From the human T2T-CHM13v2.0 reference genome, Homo sapiens, in NCBI RefSeq assembly GCF_009914755.1, contig NC_060932.1: 64,000 nucleotides of DNA; one strand, written 5' to 3'. The notes beneath the pieces are model-generated. The model was not told where the DNA came from, searched no databases, and saw nothing but the letters and a program-made list of their open reading frames with translations. Of the stretch, positions 1 through 14,000 are shown piece by piece. The translations under genes and the position numbers were made by a program. Numbering within the stretch: position 1 is the stretch's first letter; each line of letters opens with the position of its first letter.

Positions 1-415
1 TGGCAATAGTTGCAGCTAAAAAATTATATCTCCTAGGTGATAAAAGTGGTCAAGTGACAATTCTGTCCAATGAGATGTAACTGGAAGGCATAGGGGTAGA
101 ATTCAGGGAAAGCTGCTTAAAAGGGCAAACTCAATTCTTTACCTTTTGTTCTCTGAATTTCATCTTGTGTCTGCCTGGCAAAAAGTGTGCTGTTGGAAAC
201 TGTAGAAAGGATCTTAGGTCTATGAGGATGACAGCCACCTATGAAGGAAGGCGGAGCATGAAGTCACAAGGAGTCTGGGCCTTTACGACACCTGAGCCAC
301 TGCATATACTGCAGTGGTTTCTTTAAGATTTTTTATTACCTGAAGGGGGGAAAACAAATTTGTTTAAGCCACTCTTTAGTCAGGTTTCTACTGCATGCTC
401 CAAACCAACTCTGAT
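1..415 (+). mobile_element. Old ERVL-MaLR/ERVL LTR fragment (MLT1-like)
   Basis: Motifs 'gtgacaattctgtccaatgagatgtaa' and the 3' end 'ttgtttaagccact...ggtttctactgc' resemble old MLT1/LTR16 consensus sequences; highly diverged. Confidence 0.45.
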
Positions 416-1043
416 AAAAATTGTGTTGCGTACCCTTAAGAATTTCAAAATCCCCACTTAAAAACAACTATGTACTAACCACTGCCCATTTTTCTCTACT
501 TCTTAAACCAGATCTCCCAAGGACCTCTACTTCGAAAAACTATCGACTGTATTTGGGTAAATATGTGCTCCTAAAAGTAATATACTATTTTCATTAAAAA
601 TTATTAAAGCATTGCAAAGTGTTAAAGAGTAAAAAGATGATATATACCATTAATTTCAATTAGATTTCCTACAATGATCAATGCTAAAACCAAGAGAAAC
701 CATAAGAAAACAACTCCAAAAACACTTATTAGGAAGAAACCAGAATGATTCTACAAAAGAGAAAAACAGCATTTTTGATGACAGTTTTAAAGTGAGGAAA
801 TGATTAAAAACAGGTACAGTGTGGACATCATCATGCACTTCTGACAGTGTCACAGCATAATTAGTATGGTCTGGTGGTGGAAGAACTAGCTACTGATTAT
901 GAGGTCTAATTTAGTTACCATCTTACATTGATATATCAGCAAAGATGAAACATAACTTATATGAGGTATTGTAATGTGCTAAGTTAAATTAATTGTTAAA
1001 GATGGTAAACCCAAGAACACTACAAAGAGCATAACTAAAAATA

Positions 1044-1425
<382 letters not shown>

Positions 1426-1677
1426 TCAGGTTTATGCTTCCATTTCTGTTTGATGCAGATAAGATTATACTCAATGAAAGATGTCAAGAAGAAATAGTCA
1501 GAGAAAGGATATTTGTACGTTAAAATCCAATGACTTGTCCATGAACAGATATTTACAAGTATGCGTTTCAGAATCTGGTAAGAAAACAAAGGTAGGCAAG
1601 GTGGGAAAAGATTGGTGTGGAAGTGTGTGGCACTGGTTATCAATACCACAGCATTTCCAGTGTGCTGTGTCAGCTAG

Positions 1678-1873
1678 AAGCTGTTGTTCTCACTCTTCAA
1701 TGTGCATCAGTATCCTCCGGGTTAGGGGTATTTTGAAAAAAACAAAGATGCTTGAGTCTTACCCAAGAGTTTAAGTTTCAACTGTGCAAGGACTGGGCCC
1801 AGCTAAAATATTATTTTAAGAACACCTCAGGGGATTTTAATGTGCAGTTAGGGTTGTGACTCCGTGGCCTAGA
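1678..1873. mobile_element. MER5-like hAT-Charlie MITE
   Basis: Termini 'gttgttctca...' and 'gattttaatgtgcagttagggttgtgactccgtgg' are typical of MER5A/B. Confidence 0.55.
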
Positions 1874-3399
1874 GTTACAGTGGTTGGCCCTGAACTGGAC
1901 CTTGGTTATGGGGAGGACATGGATCAGTGGAGAGAAGGAAGATGAGTGTTCAGGAAGGGAAAATAGGAAAAGGATGAGTTAGGAATGCCTGAGGGCCAAG
2001 GACTGGTGATGAGTGCAGATGGTGTGTTAGAAAGGTACCGGAAATAAAAATCACCTATGTAAATACACACACACATACATGAGGTGGGACCAGTTTACAG
2101 ACTTTTTTAAAAAACAATGACAGGAAATGGGAAACTATATGCAAGAAAGTGATCAGGTGACAATGATACTAGTGGGAGAAGGCCAGCACAGCAGGAACCC
2201 AGGGAGGAGTGCAAGAGCGGGAGGTGGGAATAGGAAGACCAGCTGAAAGGTGGGTGGCAGAGGTCCCGGGGTGAGATGGTGACACACAGATTGAGTGGAG
2301 CCACACTGGGCAGAGTGGGCAATCTGAGGGTTAAGAAGTTCTGAGGGCATGAAGCTAAGTTTATTGAAGGATGCTCTGGGACATCAATAAAAAATAAAAA
2401 GGGAGGAGGGGCAAAGTGAGAAGAGGAAATGTTGAAGGCAGCACAGACAACTAAGAAAGAGTTTACTAAAAATTCAGGTGAGAGACCCTTATGAAAACGG
2501 TGGAAGAAAATGCACATTGCCAGGGCCATGTCTCAGGGGGCAGGGAGGGTGAATGAAGGAAGAAAGTGTCCCCAGTATTTTAAAATGCAATATTAACTTG
2601 GGGTGAGGGAGAGAGAAAAGGGAGCACTATAGCAAATCCTGCTGAATTGATGTGGAGCTGGTTCAGTAAATGCATGAAATCCTTACAGCTTATCAAGAGT
2701 AAGAAAATGAGTGTTCTGACTAATATCTTCAGGTAAAATGGAATTAGGATGAGAGTGTAGAATGTAAAAGGATATTTTCCAGGCACAAGCCTACTTTCAC
2801 TTTTTGGGCAGAAGAGGATAATCAACAAGAACCTCCTGCTCATACTCTGCACTTGTGAGAGAAGAATGCATGCAAAGGTGAGGTGGAGTGATAGTGTATC
2901 ACTAGCCATCCCTGTCCCTGCAGATCCTTAGGAATCTGCCCAGAAAGGGGGAAGGAGATTCCCATCTCTAATCAAAGTAGGTGAAAAATACAGGGCCCAG
3001 AGTCACAAATTATCAGACCAGTGGGCAGTCCCAAGTGCAGGAAATGCTTAGAAGTTTGGTGGCTCACACAGGGGCATGTTTAGTGGGGAGATAACTGCTG
3101 AATCTCAGCCTGTGGGAACCACAGTCTTAATAGCAGACTCTGATTTGTTGGAGAACATGACTCACTGAGCTCCTCTCTTCCAAAAGTGACTCCTACCTAT
3201 ACACAGCAAAACACTTCCTTACTCTGTGCAGGGAGAAGCAGCCAAGGCTTCTGCTGACAAGTCTCCACTCTGTCTACAGTTATCTGGGCTGAAAAAAAAA
3301 ATGATGGCAGCACTTTCAGCAAGGGAGCAGGGAACAGCAAGGAGGGGAAGCTCATTTTCTGGAAGGAGGAAGGGGTAAGGAAGTGATGAGTTCAGCCAG

Positions 3400-3650
3400 G
3401 TACATTAAGTTGGAGATATTCTCAGGACATCCATGCAGAGAGGTTTGTAGGTGGCTGGAAGAATGGGTGTAAAGCCCAGGGAAAGATTAGGCTGGACTTG
3501 AGTCTTGGGAATCAGCTCACAATGGGTGCCTGACTCTTGAGAGCAGGTGAGCTCAGTGTTGGCCCACAAACATTTGCTGAATGACTGGAGAAAGAAAAAT
3601 AGAAGACCAAAGGCACAGCCCTGGGGGCACATCTGATGTGGAGGTAGGAA
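3400..3650. mobile_element. L2 fragments
   Basis: Degenerate L2-like sequence including 'aaacatttgctgaatga'. Confidence 0.4.
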
Positions 3651-3986
3651 AGAAAAGTAAAGAATAGAGACAGAAAGGAAAAGGCAGTGGGTAGAAGTTC
3701 TGGAAGGCTCGGCACCATGAAAGCATGGGAAAGAGATTCAAGGTGGTCCCATTTTCCCCTACTAGATTGAACAAGATTTTAAACAGAGAAAGAGAAAAAC
3801 TGATTAGGCTCTCTGAGCTGGTGGGAGTGTAACTGCTGTTAGAAATGCAAATTTGAACAACTTCTGGCAAAAGACATTAGAACACCCAAAAAGTATGCAA
3901 ACCCTTTAATTAGGAATATTTCTTCTCAGGTTTAACACTTGGAAATATGTAAGAATATACACAAGGCTTGGCTACAGGATGGTTAA

Positions 3987-4594
3987 TGTGGGGGCATACT
4001 CTAACATGACCCCCAAAGATCCCTGCTCCTGGTTTGCAGACCATGATATAATCCCTTCCCCTTGAGTGTGGGCTGGCCTAGTGACCTGCTTCTAGCAAAG
4101 GGAATGTAGCCAAGTTGATGGCATGGGATGTCATTTCTTTAATTAGGCTACAAAAAAGACTGTGACTCCTGTCGTGCTAGCAGATTCTCTCCCTAGCATT
4201 GTAAATACATGAGATCCTTTTAACACATCAGGAGTAAAGGTTTCCTCTTGCTGGCTTTGCTGAAGCAAGCTGGTATATGGGGAGGCACACATGGCAAGGA
4301 ACTGACAGCCACTTCCAGCTGACAGCCACCTAAGAACTGAGGACCTCAGTCCAACTACTCTTCCGGAAATGAATTCTGCAACAATCATATGTGCTCAGAA
4401 GTGGATTTATCCCTAGTTGAGCCTTCAGATAGCCCTGGCCAACACTTTAATTTCAGACTTGCAAGAGATCCTGAAGCGGAGGACCCAGCTAAGCCATGCC
4501 CAGATTCCTGACCCACAGAAACTGATGCATGTTGTTTCAATCCAATAGGTTTGGGAGTAATTTGTTCGCTACACAGCAATATATAACTAATTCA
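3987..4594 (+). mobile_element. MLT1 (MLT1F-like) solo LTR inserted into an old L1M fragment (about 3820-4680)
   Basis: TG...CA termini with 5-bp TSD gttaa (3982-3986 and 4595-4599); MLT1 3' end 'gtaatttgtt...cagcaata...taactaa'. Confidence 0.8.
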
Positions 4595-4689
4595 GTTAAC
4601 CACAGTGCTATTTGTAACTATAAATACATAAAACAACCAAAATGTCTACTAGAATATTTGCTGACTAAAAATGGCACATATGTAGGGAC

Positions 4690-4965
4690 AAGGGAGGAGC
4701 AATGGATTTGAGAGAAATTTGGAATTGAATAACCTAAGATGTGGTGACTGATTTAAGGTGGGGTATGGGAGTGTGGATCAAAGATGATGTCCAGCTTCCT
4801 GTACTGAGCAATAAGGAGCAATTGACATGGGAACACGGGAGAAAAAGTGCGTGTGGAGAAGATGATACATGTTATCTGGAGAACACCAAGTATTGATGGG
4901 TCTGTAGGTTATCCAAGTGAAGATGTTTAGTATATGATGGGCTCAAGACTCAGATGGGAGAGATA
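4690..4965 (-). mobile_element. L2 fragment
   Basis: 'gatgtggtgactgatttaaggtgggg...tcaaagatgatgtccag' is an L2 reverse-strand signature. Confidence 0.55.
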
Positions 4966-7115
4966 AACCCCAAAAAAGTGGCACATACATATGCTATAAT
5001 ACAATTCATTCATTAAAATTATGCTCTAGATGTAGATATTCATGAAATACATTCATAATATATTAATTATTATATTAAAAAGTTCAAAACATCATGTACC
5101 ATGTAAGCCCATTATTTAGAAAAGTAAGCTGTTTATGTAAAGCATAATATAAAGAAATGGGTAGAATAATAACAAAGTATTAATAGTAGTATCCATAAAC
5201 CAAACGGCTGGTTTATGGATGCTTTCTATTTCCTTTCTTTATCTATATTTACAAATTATTTAAAATAACTGTATATTTCATTATAATAAAAACAATTAAT
5301 TGCATAAGAAAATAACAAAAAATCACCAATAATATTGAATGCTACAATAAATTAAGGAGGTTTCATTAATTTTATTGACCACTCTCTATGTACCACAATG
5401 AAAACTGAGAAGTTATTTTTTATTTGGCAAGAAGAAAGCAACTGCTTATCTAAGACAATGCAATGGCCACCTTCTCATTAGTGGAAGAGGTTAAATGATG
5501 TCTTCCTACTTGCTAAATGTATTGAATGGTATCCAGTACAAATAGGGGGATGAAAGAATTCCAAATAACATGGCAAAGACATCATAAGAAGTGCTGCATA
5601 TAAACAGGCATCATTGTACAGACATCTGAAATTTATACTTGTTATAAATAACAAGAAAATTGACATTAGTTGGACAAAATTAAGAGGTAACAAAGCTACA
5701 AAAAAAGAGAGAGCCTAGGCAATGAAACTATGAATAAACGAGATGTATATATAACCATAGAGGAAGAGAAATTTGTTACTTCAGGAAATCTTAATATTAT
5801 TTTGGTGAATTTTGACTTTTTGCCTGACAGATATGTTTCTTAAGAAAACAAGTAACTTTAGGAGAGAAACTCGAGCTTCTTCAATTTTGTTGGCTTTATA
5901 GAGACACTCATATAGTAATCATTCACAGTTTGATTTTAATATCAATGATGTAAAAAGAGCAATTATTAATAGCTCAGGTTAATCACCAAAGAAACTGCTG
6001 TTAATCTTGTAGCTCAACATTTCAAAAATCTTTCCAGGAAACAGCTCACATAAAAGACAACGACCCAATATAAAAATACTCTTCATGAGACAAATCAGCT
6101 CTTTTGGGCAGCAAGATATCACATTGAAAGAAACCAAAAAGTTACTTTAATTTTCCAATATGTCTAACTTATTCTCAGGAAAAAAGCTATGCAACATAAC
6201 TAAAGCTTCTAGATGAAGGAGATCAAACAGTAAAACTGCCAAGATCTTTGCAAACAAATGCAGTTAATTACAGATTTTGTTTCTGTTTGGACACACACAA
6301 AGCTGTGCCTGGGAACAAAACAAGTGGATGTGAAATTAGCCATTCTGAATAAGTGAACCATTGATGGTAAATGTGTAAAATGACAAAATTGCAACTAAAC
6401 TTGAGGCTTAGGTTTGGAGAGAAACTCTAGGATTATTTTCCCTGTCTGGTTTCTATGATGCCATGAGTAGAATTCTGAGGAACTTTTTCATGTACATGTT
6501 TATGAAAACAAAAACAAATGGCCACAGTATAAATGTATGGTACATGAAGCATTGCACAGAGACAGAAGTGCATAGGATAAACCCTAAATTGAGCAAGTGT
6601 GTGTTCAAACCATGAGATGAGCGACAGATTTTATTTCCTGGATGCAGAATCCAGCTGTAGGGGAATCTCCCATCCCAATGCCCTCACACAAGCGCACACA
6701 CAGAGCTTAGATGAATAACAACACAGAGACTCAGTGGGACAGACAAGAAGCACCAGCACCTAAAAATGAAGAGACAATGCAAATGAATGACCTTTGGGTT
6801 TCTGAATGGAACCTGCCTTTTTCTGTTTAAAAAATATTGTTCACCCTGTTTTAATGGCACGGAATAAAAATGGCACTGTAACTTGTAATTTTGAGATATT
6901 AAATGTGAAACATAAAACAAGGCGTTATAAATCAGCTGGAGACTAATTAAGATACTTAGACTGTCATCCAAAAACATTCCACAGAATGTAATAAAATGAG
7001 TGGGTGGTTGGTTCTATTTTAATAACTGAACCCTGTAGGAAGATTTTATTTCTTTAAACTATCAGCCAAATATATCCAGGACTGACTGGAACATTGAAAA
7101 TACGCTTTTACATTA

Positions 7116-7313
<198 letters not shown>

Positions 7314-7394
7314 CAGTATTTCTGTAGCTAATATAACAATGAAATTATGTTCAACTGTTATTCCACCATTTTATGATAAATATGAAATCAACCA

Positions 7395-7560
7395 ACGTTT
7401 CTCAATGAGGGTGCACTGGCATTTGTAGTAGGAAATTACACATTGTGCAGGACTACTTTGTGGAACTAAAATTAGCCCTTAGACATTTCCAAATGCCTCT
7501 TGTGGGTAGAATGGGGCTTGGTGGTGCTGATGATACTAATCACTTATTGAAAACAACTGA
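7395..7560. mobile_element. MER20-like hAT MITE remnant
   Basis: Termini 'tttctcaa...' and 'ttgaaaacaactg', with internal 'agacatttccaaatgcctc'. Confidence 0.45.
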
Positions 7561-8290
7561 TTTTCACTGCTCCAAAATTTGTGCCCTTTAAATGGAGAAA
7601 CATAGCTATTTGCTTCTTGGAAAAACTGACCTTTAGCTAGAAACCAAATGAAACCGGGTGTCTTAGTCCATATTCTGTTGCTTATAACAGAATACTTGAA
7701 ACTGGGTAATTCATTTTTTCAAAAGGGGTTTATTTCTTACAGTTGTAGAGGCTGAGAAGTCTAAGGTTGAAGAGCCACATCTGGTGACAGCCTTATTGCT
7801 GGTGGGAACTCTCTGCAGAGTCGTAAGGCAGCACAGGGAATCACGTGTTGAGGGGCCTGAGTGTGTAAGCTCAGGTCTCTCTTCCTCACCTTATAAAGCC
7901 AGCAGTCTCACTCTTGTGATAACTCATTAACCCATTAATCCACTAATAGGTTAACCCATTCCTGAGGGCAGAGCCCTCATGACACTATCATCTCTTAAAG
8001 AGATCTCTATCATCTTCCCACCTCTCAATACCACCACATTGGAAATTAAGCTTCAACATGAGGGAACAAACATTCAAACCATAGAATTCTGCCCATGCCC
8101 TCCCCGCAAATAAACTCTTTTCTCACAAACAAATGTATTCATTCCCTCCCCATAGCTCCAAAGTCCTCACTGGTTCCAGGATCAACTCAAAAGTCCAAAG
8201 TCTCATCTGTGAAATCAAAATAAGTTATCTACTTCCAAGATACAATGGCAGGACAGGCATAGAGTGGACATTCCCATTTGAAAAGGAAGA

Positions 8291-8397
8291 AGACTGGGTG
8301 TGGTGGCTCATGCTTGTAATCCCAGCACACTGGAAGGCCAAGGCAAAAGGATAGCCTGAGCCCAGGAGTTTGAGATCAGCCTGGATGAACACTGTGA
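8291..8397 (+). mobile_element. Alu left monomer (FLAM/AluJ-like) inside the MST internal region
   Basis: 'ctgggtgtggtggctcatgcttgtaatcccagcac...cccaggagtttgagatcagcctgg'. Confidence 0.8.
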
Positions 8398-8604
8398 AAG
8401 AAAAGAAAGAAAAGAAAAGAAAAAAGAAAGAAAAGAGAAATGAAAGAGAGAAAGAGAGAGGGAAATGGAAAGGGAAAGAGAAAGGGAAAGGGAAAGAGAA
8501 AGGGAAGGGAAAAGGAAAAGAAGGGAGGGAGGGAGAGAAGGAAAGGGAGGGAGGGAGGGAGGGAGGGAGGAAGGAAGGAAGCAAGCAAGCAAGCAAAGGA
8601 GGGA
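8396..8604 (+). repeat. Compound polypurine microsatellite (GAAAA/GGGAAA/GGGA/GGAA/GCAA)
   Basis: Seen directly; occupies the position of the Alu tail. Confidence 0.95.
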
Positions 8605-9836
8605 ATAGCCCAAAAGATAGTGGTAACAGGCCCCAAGCTAGTCTGAAGCCCAAGAGGGTAAACATTAAATCATAAAGCTGGAGAATAATCTCCCTTGACT
8701 CCACGTCCAGTGTCCTATGTATACTGGTATGAGGGTTGGGGCTCTAAGGCCTTGGGCAGCTCTGCCCCCATGGCATTCCTGGGTTCAGCCCATGCTGGCA
8801 CTGCACACAGGTAGCTTTATAGTTCTGGGGTCTTGGTGTTGGCCCTGCTCTCACAGCTCCACTAGGCAATGCCCTGGTAGGAACTCTATGGCAAGATGGA
8901 GCCCATATTTCTGCTTGGCATTGCCCTAGTAGGGGCTCTCTGCAGTGGCTCCGCCCCTGCAAAAAGTCTTCTGCCTGAGTCCACAAGCTGCTTGACACAT
9001 TCTTTGAAATCTAGGTGAAAGCTGCTGTGCCTCCATATCTCTTGCATTCTGTGGGCCTGCACAATTAACATCATATGTATGCCTCCAAGGTTGTTACAGC
9101 TTGTACCTTTCAGAGTGGCAGGTTGAGCCATACCTGGTGCCACTTGAATCACAGCTGGGGTGGTCAAGGAGTGATGAGGCTAGAATGCAGGGAGCAGAGA
9201 CCTGCAAGGACCCTGGGCAGGAAGCCCACGGAGGGTTTCCTGGATTTGTCTGGCAAAACTATTTTGCCCTCCTAGGCCTCTGGGGCCCATGATGGGAGAG
9301 GCAGCTTCAAAGATATCTAAAATGTCTTCAGGGTCTTTCTTCTAGTCTCTTAATCATCCCTTCTCTCTGTACTGATCTCCTCAGTAAAGGTCACTGAAAA
9401 AAAAAGCACGTTCTCCTGAACATGTTTTTTCACTCTTTACATGGCCAGGCTAAGAGTTTTCCAAATCCTTCTGCTTTGCTTCTTTCTTGATTATAAATTC
9501 CATTTTAAGTCATTTTTTCCCTCTCACAGCTTAATGTAAGTGGTTAAAGGTAGCCATGCAGCAGCCTGAATGTTTTACTGCTTCAACATTTCTTCTGCCA
9601 GATATCCTAATTCATGGATCTTTTTTTGCTCTTTTTTTCATTTTAATTTTTAAAATTTTTAATTTTTGTGGATATACAGTAGGTGTATTAAGTTCTACAT
9701 TCCATAATATCCTTAGACATGGACACAATGCAGCCAAGTTGTCAGTTTATAACAAGAAGGGCCTTTACACATGTTTCCAATACCTTGTTTCTCAGTTCCA
9801 TCTGAAACCTCATTGTAATGGCCTTTAGTGTCCATA

Positions 9837-10132
9837 TTTTTTTTTTTTTTGAGATGGAGTTCTGCTCTTGTTGCCCAGGCTGGAGTACCATGGCACAATC
9901 TTAGCTCACCGCAACCTCCGCCTCCCAGGTTCAAGTGATTCTCGTGCCTCAGCCTCCCAAGTAGCTAGGATTACAGGCACTAGCCACCACGCCCAGCTAA
10001 TTTTGTATTTTTAGTAGAGACAGGGTTTCTCCATGTTGGTCAGGCTGGTCTCGAACTCTCAACCTCAGGTGATCTGCCCATCTCGGCCTCCCAAAGTGCT
10101 GGGATTATAGGCGTGAGCCACGATGCCCGGCC
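9837..10132 (-). mobile_element. AluSp-like element inside the MST internal region
   Basis: Full dimer with Sp-type 'ctcttgttgccc' and 'tttctccatgttggtcagg'; TSD gtgtccatattt (9828-9839 and 10136-10147). Confidence 0.93.
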
Positions 10133-11062
10133 CTGGTGTCCATATTTCTATCAGAATTCTGGTCATGATCACTTACCCAGTCTCTAAGAAGATCCAAACT
10201 TACCCTAGTCTTCTTGTCTTCTAAGCCTTCACCAGAATCTAGGCTTTGTCTAGCCTGCTCCTCGAAATTCTTCCAAGCCTCTGCTCATTACTCAGTTCCA
10301 AAGCTGCTTCCATATTTTCAGGAATTTGATATCAGCAACACCCCTCTCTCAGTACCTTTTTCTGTCTTAGACCATTTTCTGTTGCTTAAAACAGAATACC
10401 TGAAACTGAATAATTTATAAAGAAAAGGAATTTATTTCTTACAGTTATGGAGGCTGAGAAGTCCAAGGTTTAGGGGCCGTATCTGGTGAGGGCTTTCTTG
10501 CTGGTGGGAACTCTTTACAGAGTCCCAAAGTGGCTCATGGCATGACATGGCAAAAGAGTCTGAGTGTGCTAGATCAGGTCTGTCTTCCTCTCCTTATAAA
10601 GCCATCAGTCCCACTCCTGTGATAAACTGTTAATTCATTAACCCATTAATCCATTGATCCATAAATAGAATTAACCATTCACCTCTTAAAGGCCTCACTT
10701 CTCAAAACTGCCATCTTGGGGATTAAGTTTCAACATGAATTTTGAAATGAACAAACATTCAAACCATAGGAACTGGAAATTACTGTTAATATTTCAAATT
10801 GTAGGATGCTAGACAATAATACATATAAAAAGTTACAAGGAATAATTATGCAATATTTATTTTGCAATATGCTGAAGTATTAAGTCATAAATTGTTTTAT
10901 AATTGAATTGAATTTCTCTTTTAATTTTTAGACCTGAACTCTGAAGTAAAGGCTTATTTCCCTTGAGTCTAGCCAATACTTAATGATGCATCCTGATGTT
11001 TCTTCATTGTCCAGGTAGAAGGGATTTTAAGAGTTTGACTGATACAAGTGCCCAAAATAGCC

Positions 11063-14000
11063 ACTGGTGGTACCTCCAGGTACAGGAAAAACTGAGGCAG
11101 CTAGGGTTTGGAGCAGACCCCCAGCAAACCACAGTAATCCTACAGGACAGTGGCTTGACTGTTAAAAGAAAAACAAACAGAAAACAACAATGACAATGAC
11201 ATCAACAAAAAAGACCCCACAAAAACCCCATTTTAAGGTCAGCAACCTCAAAGATCAAAGGTAGAGACGCCCACAATGATGAGAAAGAATCAATGCAAAA
11301 ACGCTGAAAACTCAAAAAGCCAGACTGCCTTTTCTCCTCCAAATGACTGCAACACCTCTCCAGCAAAGGCAAAGAACTGGGCTGAGGCTGAGATGGCTGA
11401 ATTGACAGAAGTAGGCTTCAGAAAGCAGGTAATAACAACAAACTTCACCGAGCTAAAGGAGCATGTCTAACCCAATGCAAAGAAGCTAAGAGTCATAAAA
11501 AAAACAATACAGGAGCTGATAGCCAGAATAGCTAGTTTAGAGAGGAACATAACCAGTCTGATGGAGCTGAAGAAAACAACATGAGAACTTCACAATGCAA
11601 TCATAAGTATCAAGAGCAGAATAGACCAAGCAGAGGAAAGAATATCAGAGCTTGAAGATGATCTTTCTGAAATAAGACAGGCAGACAAGAACAGAGAAAA
11701 AATAACGAAAAAGAATAAACAAAACCTCTGAGAAATATGGGATTATGTAAGGAGACTGAACCTATGACTGATTCAGGTATCTGAAAGAGATGGGGAGAAT
11801 GGAACCAAGTTGGAAAACATACTTCAGGATATCATCCAGGAGAACTTGCCCAACTTAGAAAGACAGGCCAACATTCAAATTCAGGAAATGCAGAGAACCC
11901 CAGTAAGATAATCCATGAGAAGATTAACCCCAAGACACAAAATCATCAGATTTTCAAAGGTCGAAATCAAAGAAAAAATGTTAAGGACAGTCAGGCCAGG
12001 TCACCTACAAAGGGAAGCCCATCAGACTAACAGTGGACCTCTCAGCAGAAACCGTACAAGCCAGAAGAACTTGAGGGCCAATACCCAAAATTCTTAAAGA
12101 AAAAATTTTCAACCCAGAATGTCACATCCGGCCAAATTAAACTTCATAAGCAAAGGAGAAATAAGATCCTTTTCAGACAAGCAAATGCTGAGGGAATTCA
12201 TCACCACCAGGCCTGCCTTGCAAGAGCTTCTGAGGGAAGCACTAAATATGAAGAGGAAAAACTGTTACCAGCCACTACAAAAACACACTGAAGTACACAG
12301 ATCAGTGGCACTATGAAGCAACCACATAAACAGGTCTGCAAAACAACCAGCTAGCATCATGATGATAGGATCAAATTAATACATAACAATACTAACCTTA
12401 CACTTAAATGGGCTAAATACCCCAATTAAAAGACACAGAATGGCAAGCTAGATAAGGAGCCAAGACCCATCAGTATGCTGTGTTCAAGAGACCCATCTCA
12501 AGGCCAAAGACACACATAGGCTCAAAATAAAGGGATGGAGGAAAATGTACCAAGCAAATGGAACACAGAAAAAAGCAGGTGTTGCAATCCTAGTTCCTGA
12601 CAAAACACACTTTAAACCAACAAAGCTCAAAAAAGACAAAGAAGGGCATTCCATAATGGTAATGGTAAAGCATTCGGATTCAACATGAAGAGGTAACTAT
12701 CCTAAATATATATGCACCCAATACAGGAGAACCCAGATTCATAAAGCAAGTTCTTAGAGACCTACAAAGAGACTTAGACTCCCACAAAATAATAGTGAGA
12801 GACTTTAACACCCCACTGACAATATTAGACAGATCATCAAGACAGAAATTAACAAAGATATTCAGGACTTGAACTCAGCTCTGGATCAAGTGTTCCTGAT
12901 AGATATATACAAAACTCTCCACTACAAAACAACAAAATATACATTCTTCTCATGACCACAAGGCACTTACTCTAAAACTGATCACATAATCAGAAGTAAA
13001 AACACTCTACAGCAAATGGAAAAGAAATGATATCATACCAGTCTCTCAGACCACAGCACAATCAAATTAGAACTCAAGATTAAGAAACTCACTCAAAATC
13101 ACACAACTACATGGAAATTGAACAACCTGTTCATGAATAACTGTTAGTTAAATAATGAAATTAAGGCAGAAATCAAGAAGTTCTTTGAAACTAATGAGAA
13201 CAAAGAGACAACACATCAGAATCTCTGGGACGTAGCTAAAGCAGTGTTAAGGGGGAAATTTATAGCACTAAATGCCCACATCAAAAAGCTAGAAAGGTCT
13301 CAAATTAATAACCTAAAAGAACTAAGTCGCAACTAAAAGAACTAGAGAACCAAGAGCAAACAAACCCCAACGCTAGCAGAAGACAAGAAATAACCAAGAT
13401 CAGAGTTGAACTGAAGGAGATAGAGATATTAAAAACTCCTTAAAAAATTAATGAATCCAGGAGCTGGTTTTTTGAAAAAACTAATAAAATGGATAGATGG
13501 CCAGGCCAGACTAATAAAGAAGAAAATAGAGACAAATCAAATAAACACAATCAGAAATGATAACAGGGATATCAACACTGACCCCACAGAAACATAAACA
13601 ACCATCAGAGAAGACCATAAACACCTCTATGCACATAAACTAGAAAATCTAAAAGAAATGGATAAATTCCTGGACATATACACCCTCCCAAGATGGAACC
13701 AGGAAGAAACAGAATCCCTGAATAGACCAATAACAATTCTGAAATTGAGGCAGTAATAAACGCCTACCAACCAAAAAAAAAAAAAAAAAAAGCCCAGGAC
13801 CAGACGGTTTCACAGATGAATTCTACCAGAGGTACAAAGAAGAGCTGGTACTATTTCTACTGAAACTATTCCAAAAAACTGAAAAGGAGGGACTCCTCCC
13901 TAACTCATTCTATGAGGCCAGCATCATCCTGATATCAAAACCTGGCAGAGATACAACAAAAACAAAAACAAAACTTCAAGCCAATATTCTTGATGAACAT

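Larger units (their letters stand above)
7659..10771 (-). mobile_element. Two-LTR MaLR provirus (MSTD-like): 5' LTR 10363-10771, internal region 8087-10362, 3' LTR 7659-8086
   Basis: Two direct repeats of about 410-430 bp run from tgtcttag to aaaccatag on the + strand, with MST-int-like sequence between them. Flanks accgg/actgg are at best a degenerate TSD. Confidence 0.85.

Noticed and set aside
8225-8704. K/E/G-rich and F/S/L-rich ORFs
   Set aside because: Translations of the polypurine microsatellite and Alu.
10363-10771. MST 5' LTR as a DUX4-responsive promoter
   Set aside because: The segment that normally carries the motif is deleted here and is degenerate (tgacactatca) in the other LTR.
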